Positions 1 to 8,290 of a DNA stretch of 64,000 nucleotides are shown in pieces. Every line of letters starts with the position of its first letter. The first letter of the stretch is position 1. Source of the DNA: Minisyncoccota bacterium (GTDB lineage Bacteria; Patescibacteriota; Minisyncoccia; UBA6257; UBA9933); NCBI GenBank assembly GCA_041653755.1, contig JBAZEU010000001.1, forward strand, positions 1,398 through 65,397, in the 5' to 3' direction. Position numbers and translations under genes: made by a program. A model generated the notes under the pieces. That model worked only from the letters and a program-made list of their open reading frames with translations. It did not search any database and was not told the origin of the DNA.

Positions 1-493
1 ACCATTTCACAGAGTTATCGCGGTGGAAAAGGCCTATCAAGCTGAACTGCCGGACGGAACCATCTTCAAAGGAAAGGCGGACCTCATTTATGACGATGGG
101 GAAGGAGACGTTCTTCTGGACTGGAAAACAACCGGAGGTTATTTTCTGGACAGCCGGCCTGACCTTGATGACCAGTTAACCGCCTACAGCATGCTTTCCG
201 GTATTACCAAAGTGGCTTACGGAGTCCTTCTAAAGAAGAAAGAACCGGAAGTAAACTTTTTTTTCGCCGTCAGGAACGAATCGGACTATCTTGATTATCA
301 GGTAAAGGTAATTAAGACGGTGGCTGATATAGAAGCAGGATTTTTTTACCGGAAGCCGTCTCTCTACTGCGGTTTCTGTAATTTTTGCTTTCTGTGTAGG
401 GGCCAGATGGACAAGGCAAAGGAAGAACTTCGTCAATTGCCGGTGGAAGACAGATACAAAAAGTTGGAGTGCAAACAGGTGTGTTTGCTTTGA
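1..493 (+). CDS. PD-(D/E)xK nuclease, Cas4/RecB-C-terminal-like; 5'-truncated by the window edge.
   Basis: The reading frame is open from nt 2. Motif DLIYDD...DWKTT fits a D..E.K nuclease core. A C-terminal cysteine cluster (C-x-x-C-x-x-C-x-x-C) resembles the Cas4/AddB Fe-S cysteines. Confidence 0.45.
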   Translation, partial: PFHRVIAVEKAYQAELPDGTIFKGKADLIYDDGEGDVLLDWKTTGGYFLDSRPDLDDQLTAYSMLSGITKVAYGVLLKKKEPEVNFFFAVRNESDYLDYQVKVIKTVADIEAGFFYRKPSLYCGFCNFCFLCRGQMDKAKEELRQLPVEDRYKKLECKQVCLL

Positions 494-508
494 AAGGAGA
501 AAAAGCCG

Positions 509-667
509 ATGTACAGTCCGAAGATTGAGCCGGAACAGGTGGGAAAGCTGTACCTCCTGCGGGAATCCTTAGCTCAGGAAGGTGTCAAAAAACCCATAAC
601 AACCCTGGTTAAAGAAGCGATTGAGGAATATCTGGATAAGAGAAGAGAGGAGAACAATTCAGAGTAA
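509..667 (+). CDS. Small 52-aa protein, possibly ribbon-helix-helix (CopG/Arc-like) DNA-binding. Absent from the ORF track because it is under 60 aa.
   Basis: An AAAGGAGA RBS sits at 494-500 followed by ATG 509. The charged helical C-terminus ITTLVKEAIEEYLDKRRE is typical of an RHH second helix. Confidence 0.3.
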   Translation: MYSPKIEPEQVGKLYLLRESLAQEGVKKPITTLVKEAIEEYLDKRREENNSE

Positions 668-678
668 GGATTACTACG

Positions 679-718
679 AGCCAATGGCAAATACTGCATT
701 GGCTCTTTTTCTTTTGGA
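679..718 (+). terminator. Rho-independent terminator.
   Basis: A 9-bp stem gagccaatg/cattggctc is followed by tttttctttt. Confidence 0.5.
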
Positions 719-756
719 AAGCTACCTGATTTGAAGTTTCAAAAGTATCTGAAAAA

Positions 757-765
757 TGCTATAAT
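757..765 (+). promoter_or_regulatory. Candidate extended -10 promoter (TGcTATAAT) for the methyltransferase operon.
   Basis: The sequence tgctataat lies about 100 nt upstream of the ATG at 863. No clean -35 was found. Confidence 0.3.
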
Positions 766-862
766 CCAAAGTACGAGTACCTCAAGATAATTTTTTAGGA
801 AATTCGGTGCGAAACACAAAAAATAGGGTATTTCGATTGGAAATTTGGTAAAATAGAAAACT

Positions 863-2056
863 ATGTATGATAATGTCGTAGCCCAAGAAATTTCTCGGAA
901 ATATAGGCAAACGCCGTTGGTAAATTTTGCCGGTGTCAGCCAATATACAAAGCTCCAAGATTTGAACTTAAACTGGAGAGAAAGAGATTTACCGGAACGA
1001 GCAAGAACAAAACATGTTCACAGATTACACCCGTACATGGGGAAGTTTATTCCACAGCTCGTGGAAATCTTTTTGCGAAAATATCAACCCCGCTTGGTTT
1101 ACGACCCGTTTTGCGGTTCTGGTACAACATTGGTAGAAGCGAACGCCCTCGGCATCGATTCAATTGGCACCGATATTTCCGCTTTTAACATATTGCTTTC
1201 AAAAGTAAAAACCGACGAATACAATTTTCCTTTACTGGAAAAGGAATTATACGAAATCTTAAGAAGGTTCTGCGAATACAAAAACAAATTTTCAAAAAAT
1301 AAAGGAGTTGATAAATTATTTCAAACAAAAAACGAATACATAAAAACTTGGTTTGCGCCTAACACCCAAAAAGAATTACTTTGTTATTTGAAACTCATCA
1401 AAGATTATACCTATCAAGATTTGTTAAGAATAATCTTGTCACGGTCCGCTCGGTCCGCCCGTTTGGTTACTCACTTTGACTTAGATTTTCCCAAAAAACC
1501 GCAAATCACCCCGTATCAATGCTATAAACACGGGCGAATATGCAAGCCGACCGAAGAGGCATACAAATTCCTAAATCGTTATACAATAGATACTCTTCGA
1601 CGAATAAAGGAATTTTCGCGAATAAGAACAAAGGCGAAAGTCGTTCTTAGTAACGATGATTCTCGATCCCTCAATCTTCCCAAAGGAATCGACATGGTTT
1701 TCACCTCTCCGCCTTATCTTGGTTTAATTGATTACCATGAACAGCATAAATATGCTTACGAACTTCTTGGATTGAAAAACAACGAGACGCGTGAAATTGG
1801 AGCGGCGAAAAACGGCCATTCAGATAAAGCAAAACAAGATTATATTAAAGGTATAAACGATGTCTTATTGCATACGCGTGATTATATGGCTAAAGACGGA
1901 TTGGCAATCATTGTCGTAAACGATAAATTTGGTTTGTACAAGCCTGAAGCTACAGGGTTTAAGGCAATCGGCCGAGTCGAAAGACATGTCAATCGTCGAA
2001 CCGGCAGAAGAAAGGGCGCATTTTACGAGAGCATCCTAATTTGGAAAAAAATATGA
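863..2056 (+). CDS. DNA amino-methyltransferase (N6-adenine or N4-cytosine), alpha-class motif order.
   Basis: AdoMet motif I is DPFCGSGTT near aa 80. Catalytic motif IV is FTSPPY near aa 280. The roughly 200-aa spacing suggests a target-recognition domain between them. Confidence 0.8.
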   Translation: MYDNVVAQEISRKYRQTPLVNFAGVSQYTKLQDLNLNWRERDLPERARTKHVHRLHPYMGKFIPQLVEIFLRKYQPRLVYDPFCGSGTTLVEANALGIDSIGTDISAFNILLSKVKTDEYNFPLLEKELYEILRRFCEYKNKFSKNKGVDKLFQTKNEYIKTWFAPNTQKELLCYLKLIKDYTYQDLLRIILSRSARSARLVTHFDLDFPKKPQITPYQCYKHGRICKPTEEAYKFLNRYTIDTLRRIKEFSRIRTKAKVVLSNDDSRSLNLPKGIDMVFTSPPYLGLIDYHEQHKYAYELLGLKNNETREIGAAKNGHSDKAKQDYIKGINDVLLHTRDYMAKDGLAIIVVNDKFGLYKPEATGFKAIGRVERHVNRRTGRRKGAFYESILIWKKI

Positions 2057-2889
2057 CAAAAGAACAAGAAATGAAGGAAGCCATCCAATCTGTCGTTAAG
2101 CTGATGATGAATAGGGTTATGCAAAAAGTTTTAGTGGAGGATCCGTTCATAAAAGAAGAACATAAAGCTAAAAAACCGCTGTATGCCGCTTTAGTTCCAG
2201 ATGAAATATTTAAAGGGGCGCATTTCGAAAGACGCTTTGTCACTCCTTTCGGTGGTGTCTGGGAGAAACTCGCTATTGTGGCTGCAAACAAAGGTCTTGG
2301 ATATGGAGTAAAGGAGCATAGTATTACAGGAACGGTAAATTCTGAACGGTTAAGAAGAATACAAGAAATTTTAAATAATTTGGAACATTCAGAAAAGGGA
2401 AAGAAAAAGATTAGACCGAATTGGGATAGCGAACTCAAATATATCATGGAAGGTAAAAGCGAGAAAGTTATGCCAACTACCGTTATTTGCGATGTGTACG
2501 CCGAAGATAGAAAAAATGACAAAAAATATGCCTTTGAGTTAAAAGCTCCGCTACCAAATAGTGATCAAACGAAAGTAAGTAAAGAAAAAATTCTCAAGCT
2601 ATACAGCATGGAACCAAGACAAATTGATGAGGCTTATTATGCCTTACCATACAACCCTTTCGGAAAAAGAGAAAACTATTCCTGGAGTTTTCCTGCAAGA
2701 TGGTTTGATATGAAAAATGACAAAGCGGTGTTAATTGGAAATGAATTCTGGGAAAAAATCGGAGGGCTTGGGACATATAAAGCTTTTATTGATGCAATAA
2801 ATGAAATAGGCAAGGAATATAAGGACCGAATTTACAGAGAATTTTTGGGTATTGAACCACCGTCTGATATAGATGCGGATAAGTTGTAA
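2041..2889 (+). CDS. Putative type II restriction endonuclease with a PD-(D/E)xK core, cognate to the upstream methyltransferase.
   Basis: It overlaps the methyltransferase stop by 16 nt, implying translational coupling. Motif VICDVYAED...YAFELKAP fits D...ExK. The rest is unique sequence typical of REases. Confidence 0.5.
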   Translation: MEKNMTKEQEMKEAIQSVVKLMMNRVMQKVLVEDPFIKEEHKAKKPLYAALVPDEIFKGAHFERRFVTPFGGVWEKLAIVAANKGLGYGVKEHSITGTVNSERLRRIQEILNNLEHSEKGKKKIRPNWDSELKYIMEGKSEKVMPTTVICDVYAEDRKNDKKYAFELKAPLPNSDQTKVSKEKILKLYSMEPRQIDEAYYALPYNPFGKRENYSWSFPARWFDMKNDKAVLIGNEFWEKIGGLGTYKAFIDAINEIGKEYKDRIYREFLGIEPPSDIDADKL

Positions 2890-2899
2890 TTTAATATGT

Positions 2900-3682
2900 A
2901 TGGAACCTTTTAAACTACCGGCTCTTGAATCTCTTGCGAAAATCGTCGGTGATCGTTATTCAGGAACAGGAATATCGGAATTTTTTCGTAAAGCAGGTTT
3001 TCCTGACGTTGTTCATGACGGTGGTACAAAATGGCGATTTGTGTACGCTTCCCTTGAAAATCTACAGAATCGGGCTTATGGCCCTATTAACGTGGTAAAA
3101 GTAATTCAACAGTTGTGCGATCCTCAGGAGTATTTTTCAACACCAGATCAACATACGGAAATCTGTGACCAAGTCAATCAGATTCTCGGGTTTTATGGAT
3201 TGCTGGTTGGCGAAGATGGTCGAGTGAGAAAACTTGATGAAAAAGTTACATCGCTTTCAAAGCCTATACCGGAGAATGCAAAAATATTTGATAGCCGTCA
3301 GTTTCACTCCACAATTATTTGCCACGCCCGCAAATTATTCGTCGAAGGTAATTATTTTCACGCCATTTTTGAGTGTTGTAAAGTATATGATAAAGAAGTG
3401 CAAAACAAGTCCCAGATGTCTGGCTATGGATCAAGGCTAATGGAGGAAGCTCTTTCTCTTTCGGGGTCACTTAAACTAAATACTCAACGAACCAGAACAG
3501 AAGTTAATGAGCAAGAAGGTGTTATGCATCTTTCGGTTGGTTTGATGAGGGCTATTAGAAATCCTCAAGCTCATGAACCTGCTCTTGATTGGCCAATCAA
3601 TCGAGAAGAGGCGTTGGATTTACTTTCTTTTTTGAATTTCCTATTTCGAAAATTTGATAAGGTAACATACTTTAAACAATAA
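2900..3682 (+). CDS. HEPN-domain protein (TIGR02391/Ymh-like or Abi-like), a predicted RNase. The start may be the upstream ATG at 2873.
   Basis: A C-terminal Rx4H motif (AIRNPQAHEP) sits at aa 229-234 of the 269-aa ORF. The gene overlaps the REase stop. Confidence 0.55.
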   Translation: MEPFKLPALESLAKIVGDRYSGTGISEFFRKAGFPDVVHDGGTKWRFVYASLENLQNRAYGPINVVKVIQQLCDPQEYFSTPDQHTEICDQVNQILGFYGLLVGEDGRVRKLDEKVTSLSKPIPENAKIFDSRQFHSTIICHARKLFVEGNYFHAIFECCKVYDKEVQNKSQMSGYGSRLMEEALSLSGSLKLNTQRTRTEVNEQEGVMHLSVGLMRAIRNPQAHEPALDWPINREEALDLLSFLNFLFRKFDKVTYFKQ

Positions 3683-3686
3683 ATTT

Positions 3687-6560
3687 ATGAGTACTCCATA
3701 TCCAAAAGGTTCGGAATGGCGAAAATGGGATTTACATGTCCACACACCTTCGTCTGCTTTAGCTCATACCTTGGGTAGCGATTGGGATGGATATGTCAAC
3801 CAACTTATTGATGCTATAAAAAAACACCAGATAGCCGCGATTGCTACCGCTGATTATTTTACAATTGAGGGATACAAAAAGCTGCTTGAATATTACAGTA
3901 AAGACACATGTACGCTCTCCGCAAATAGCAAAAGCGTTCAATGTTATTTGATCCCTGGCATAGAATTACGACTCAACATCTTCAACAGCGAAGAAGAATC
4001 TATAAACTTACATATATTCTTTGATCCAGAATGTTGTTCGAGCGAATTCATTACCCAAAATTTCCTTGAAGCATTAAACATCGTTTATAGGGGATCGGAA
4101 GTATTGCTGAAACAACAGAACCTTTTGGCAATTGGAAAGAGCATTGCCGATAATACACCGGCAGATTTTGGCCAGAGTTTTGGCGCATGCAGCGAAGCCA
4201 CAAAAGATGAATATATTAGAAAAGCACTTGGAGCAATAACCTTAAACTATACCAATATCGATGACGCACTTAAAGGTATTGATAAAATATTTGAAAAACA
4301 AAATCTCCCACCAAAAGCTTATTTAATCGCAGTCGTTGGTAAGGGACACGGTGGTATCAGATCGCTTAAATGGTTTGAAGACAATAAAAGTTTCTCTCGC
4401 GCTGGACTTATCAGAGAACATTTGACCTACCAAACAGATGCCATTTTTTCGAATGATCAGAACGATAGGAATTTCTACCTTGGCAGACGGGAAGATGCTC
4501 CCGCAACGGAGATTCAAAATAGGTTTGATAATCTCAAGCCGTGCATTTGGGGTTCTGATAGTCACTCTCTTGATAAATTACTTCATCCATCTAATGGCAA
4601 TACATTGGATTATACGTGGATCAAGGCGGAGATTTCCTTTGAGGGATTTAAGCAAATTACTTACGAACCAGAGCTGAGGGTAAGGGTTCAGCAAGATAAT
4701 CCAGTTGAAGAAGAAGCTTATGCAAAGATCGAAAAACTGGAATTAGATTTCCCGGATGATCTGAAAATCAAAGACAAAGAATCCGAAGAGGCGATATCCT
4801 TTTGTATTCAAGGCAAACAGGAGGTAAACTTTTCATCAAATTTGACATGTATTATTGGTGGGAGAGGATCGGGTAAAAGTACCTTGGTTCATATCCTTTA
4901 TAACCTTGTTCCAAAAAGAGACGCTGACCGACTTTCTAAAGTCAGTTCCCCTTTGTTCAATTTACAACTTGGGTCGAAAGATGAGCTAGGAAAAATTCGT
5001 TCCCAAACTAAATCTAACATACCATCGAGCACAGAATTTTTCTTACAAAATGAGGTTGAAAAATTCGCAAAAGATGTTAGTGAAATGTCTATCCTAATCA
5101 AGACTCGCCTTTACGGTTTATCTGCCATTGATGATGGACAAAAAAATCTTCAAGAAATTGAAAGTGAGTGGCAAGATACTGCCATAGGAATGGAGGAATT
5201 GATTTCCGCCTATGATGAAATCACAAGGATTGATCAACAAATAGTTTTGGTCGTTAAGCAAAAAGATACATTAAAAAAACAGACCGATGTTATCAGCTCA
5301 AAAGATTATAAAAAACTCCAGAAAGAAATTGAAGAAATAGCTAATGCCATCAGTGCTTTTGATACCTACGAAAAAGAATACAGACGATTGTCGCTTGAGA
5401 TATTGACGCTTATAAAAAGCATCGCCAGGCTCGATTGGACTAAATATGAAGGCCAGTCTATTTTGGTTTCCCTATCCGCCGAACTTGATAAAAAGAAAGC
5501 CGAGATTCAAACATTTTTTGAAGAAACAAACAAAAAATATGTTACCGCAGATTACGCAACTAAATTAGGCGATAAAAAAACGCAACTAAAAAACTTCTTG
5601 AAAGAAAAGGGCCTTTCTCCGGAAAATATTGGAGAAATAGCCACCGCTACGCAGCAAATTGCTGAGTTGGATGAACAAATAAAGATTCTGAGGCAGGAAA
5701 GAATACCACACCAAGAAATCTATGACAGTAAAGAAGGGACACTTCAAACATATAGAGAGGCGTACGCTTCTTACAAAGGAGTGTTCGAATCAGTAGCGAA
5801 TAAGCTTCAATCAAATTTAAGTAATCTTAAATTTGACGGCGAAGAGACAAACATTTCTTTTCAATTTAAGACTAATGATCAATTACTAAAAGACGGAGTT
5901 GCTGATTTTATTAAAAGCCATAACACTTCAAGAATTAATTTAAGAGCCGATAACATTCAAAATGTTTTATTTGGGAATAATGATGTACCCTTTTCAGCTA
6001 TAGTCTCTGATCAATTAAAGATAGTGGCGGCCGTAAATAGTTCAGAGGTGGCCGATGCCCACACTCAAATTATTAGGGATCTAATAGGCGACCCAACTTT
6101 TGTTGAAAAACTTTACTTGCGGATGCAACGATACCACTTTGACATCGAAAACGTCCAAGTGCAAACAAAACTTGGCGAGAAATTTTTACAAAACACGTCG
6201 TTTGGCGAGAGATGTGGAATCGTAATTGCTATTGTTCTTGTTGCCGGAACAAATCCTATAGTAATTGACCAACCAGAGGATAATCTGGACGGGAAATATA
6301 TTTCGAAAGTTCTTGTTCCTTTAATCCGTACTCAAAAACATAAACGCCAAATTGTACTTGTTACAAGAGATGCAAATATTGTAATTGGTGGCGATTCAGA
6401 ACTGATATTAATTCTTGATAAAGAAAACCATGGTTCAGTATTACTGCCTGCAACTATCGAGAATAAAGTTATTCGATCCAAATATATTTGGATTCTAGAC
6501 GGTGGCGAAAGAGCATTCAAAGCTCGTGAAGCAAAATACTGTATTCACAAAGCAGCATAA
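3687..6560 (+). CDS. PHP phosphoesterase fused to an SMC/Rad50/SbcC-like ABC ATPase with a long coiled coil. From memory, possibly the TrlF-family architecture.
   Basis: PHP motifs are WDLHVHTPSS, GIELR, NLHIFF and WGSDSH in the N-terminal ~330 aa. Walker A is IIGGRGSGKST at aa 391-399. A coiled-coil-like charged region spans about aa 430-800. Signature-like SFGERCG lies at aa 838-844, Walker B/D-loop VIDQPEDNLD at about aa 860, and H-loop-like VLVTRD near aa 890. Confidence 0.75.
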   Translation: MSTPYPKGSEWRKWDLHVHTPSSALAHTLGSDWDGYVNQLIDAIKKHQIAAIATADYFTIEGYKKLLEYYSKDTCTLSANSKSVQCYLIPGIELRLNIFNSEEESINLHIFFDPECCSSEFITQNFLEALNIVYRGSEVLLKQQNLLAIGKSIADNTPADFGQSFGACSEATKDEYIRKALGAITLNYTNIDDALKGIDKIFEKQNLPPKAYLIAVVGKGHGGIRSLKWFEDNKSFSRAGLIREHLTYQTDAIFSNDQNDRNFYLGRREDAPATEIQNRFDNLKPCIWGSDSHSLDKLLHPSNGNTLDYTWIKAEISFEGFKQITYEPELRVRVQQDNPVEEEAYAKIEKLELDFPDDLKIKDKESEEAISFCIQGKQEVNFSSNLTCIIGGRGSGKSTLVHILYNLVPKRDADRLSKVSSPLFNLQLGSKDELGKIRSQTKSNIPSSTEFFLQNEVEKFAKDVSEMSILIKTRLYGLSAIDDGQKNLQEIESEWQDTAIGMEELISAYDEITRIDQQIVLVVKQKDTLKKQTDVISSKDYKKLQKEIEEIANAISAFDTYEKEYRRLSLEILTLIKSIARLDWTKYEGQSILVSLSAELDKKKAEIQTFFEETNKKYVTADYATKLGDKKTQLKNFLKEKGLSPENIGEIATATQQIAELDEQIKILRQERIPHQEIYDSKEGTLQTYREAYASYKGVFESVANKLQSNLSNLKFDGEETNISFQFKTNDQLLKDGVADFIKSHNTSRINLRADNIQNVLFGNNDVPFSAIVSDQLKIVAAVNSSEVADAHTQIIRDLIGDPTFVEKLYLRMQRYHFDIENVQVQTKLGEKFLQNTSFGERCGIVIAIVLVAGTNPIVIDQPEDNLDGKYISKVLVPLIRTQKHKRQIVLVTRDANIVIGGDSELILILDKENHGSVLLPATIENKVIRSKYIWILDGGERAFKAREAKYCIHKAA

Positions 6561-6708
6561 ATTTTTTCTGCTAAACAACCATCCGCAAGAAAATTTTTGA
6601 ATTAATCACCACTAAAAACCAAACAGTATTTCTCCCAATGCCCCTTAATCCCAATAGTTATTAACACCCCCCTTGTTTTTCCTGCCAGATATCTTAGAAT
6701 TAGATTAA

Positions 6709-8241
6709 ATGAATTTTTCTAAATCACGCAAAGGTTTCACCCTCATAGAACTTCTAATCGTGATAGGTATCGTAGCAGTTCTAGCCGTCGTCGTCTTAAC
6801 AGTTCTCAATCCAGTGGAATTCCTCAAAAAAAGCAGGGACTCTAGGCGTATGGTAGACCTCCAGACCTTGGATAAAGCCCTAAGGTTAGCTGATTTTGAC
6901 AATATCTCCATGGGAACAGCCAATGTGGTATATGTTTCCATCCCTGATGACACAGCAGCCACCTCAACCTGTCCTACCCTATCCTTACCAGCTTTACCAG
7001 GAGGCTGGACTTATCAATGCTCTAATACTACTAACTACCGAAAAGCTGACGGTACTGGCTGGGTACCTGTTAACTTCACCTCTCTTACCACAGTTCCCAA
7101 TCCTTTAACCTTACTACCAGTTGATCCCACCAACAGTACTTCCACCAATCTCTACTATTCATATGTCTCTGGTAGTTGGGAACTTACTGCCTTATTTGAA
7201 ACCACTGGTTACCAAACCAAATACGCAGCCAGCGACAATGGCACTTCCACTGTCCTATTTGAAGTGGGCAACCATCTTAAGATTACCCCTAATGCGGTAG
7301 CTTCAAGGACTAATACCGGAGGAGGGGGAGGCGGAAGTTCCTACACCTTAACCTTTAATACCAGTCCTACTTATTCAGGTTCGGTTACCTTTGACGGTTC
7401 TTCCTACGCCAATGGCGATACTGCTTCCAAATCTTCAGGTTCTTACAATATTTCTGGCACCCCTGGTTCAGGCCGATCCTTTTCCTACTGGTCTCCTACA
7501 GGGATGACTGTCACTGACACCAGTACCTTAAGCACTTCTGCCACTGTCTCAGGCGCTGGCAGTTTATCCATGATTCAGGTTCCTGACTCATACACCAAAT
7601 TACTCCTACATATGGATGGGACGAATGGGTCAACTAGTTTCCCTGATAGTTCTACCGCGGCCCATACGGTTACAGCTAATGGAACCGCCCAAGTAACTAC
7701 TGCCCAACAAAAATTTGGGACAGGATCGGTTCAATGTAATGGAAGTGGTAATTATCTTACTTCTGCTGATAGTGATGATTGGTATTTTGGTACCAATGAT
7801 TTTACAGTTGATTTTTGGGCAAGAAATACAGGCGGAACTAATGTGTATTTAGTTAATCAATGGCACATTAACAGCGGTGGTGTAAGTATGAGTTGGGCTA
7901 TTCTTTGGAATAGTAGCAACGGAGTGCTTATTTTACTTAGAGATCATCCTGGAGCTTGGAATGATTTTAATCAATACAATACTAGTGGGATAACTATGTC
8001 TAGTAATACTTGGTACCATATAGCATTAGTAAGATACAACAACTATGTAGATATTTATGTTAACGGTACGTCTTACTTACACCAGGCTTATTCTCTTTCT
8101 CTCCAAAACAGTGACATGAATTTGGGTATTTGTGATTATATGGGAGCCCAAGGATTTACTGGGCAAATAGATGAAGTTCGTATTTCTAAAGGTATAGCTC
8201 GTTGGACTTCAAACTTTACTCCGCCAACAGCGCCGTATTAA
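6709..8241 (+). CDS. Type IV pilin-like protein (class III signal peptide) with a large S/T/G-rich body and a C-terminal LamG-like lectin domain.
   Basis: The N-terminus SRKG|FTLIELLIVIGIVAVLA carries a prepilin cleavage/methylation motif with E at +5. The C-terminal approx 200 aa (LLLHMDG...FTVDFWAR...RISKGIARWTSNFTPPTAPY) is a concanavalin/LamG_3-like jellyroll and is paralogous to the C-terminus of the 55820 ORF. Confidence 0.7.
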   Translation: MNFSKSRKGFTLIELLIVIGIVAVLAVVVLTVLNPVEFLKKSRDSRRMVDLQTLDKALRLADFDNISMGTANVVYVSIPDDTAATSTCPTLSLPALPGGWTYQCSNTTNYRKADGTGWVPVNFTSLTTVPNPLTLLPVDPTNSTSTNLYYSYVSGSWELTALFETTGYQTKYAASDNGTSTVLFEVGNHLKITPNAVASRTNTGGGGGGSSYTLTFNTSPTYSGSVTFDGSSYANGDTASKSSGSYNISGTPGSGRSFSYWSPTGMTVTDTSTLSTSATVSGAGSLSMIQVPDSYTKLLLHMDGTNGSTSFPDSSTAAHTVTANGTAQVTTAQQKFGTGSVQCNGSGNYLTSADSDDWYFGTNDFTVDFWARNTGGTNVYLVNQWHINSGGVSMSWAILWNSSNGVLILLRDHPGAWNDFNQYNTSGITMSSNTWYHIALVRYNNYVDIYVNGTSYLHQAYSLSLQNSDMNLGICDYMGAQGFTGQIDEVRISKGIARWTSNFTPPTAPY

Positions 8242-8290
8242 AGTAAAGATTAATCAGGTATCAATCTGCGGCTTATATTATATTTTTATA

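Noticed and set aside
1989-2522. Minus-strand ORF (177 aa) overlapping the methyltransferase/REase junction, and other antisense ORFs (1099-1287, 3759-3941, 4323-4565, 14782-15087, 11012-11334, 23031-23606, 26726-27049, 28332-29516, 40374-40892, 42793-43323, 51976-52683, 53161-53510, 59103-60287, 60712-61041).
   Set aside because: Each sits entirely inside a longer, motif-supported ORF on the opposite strand and has low-complexity or hydrophobic composition with no RBS. These are shadow ORFs.
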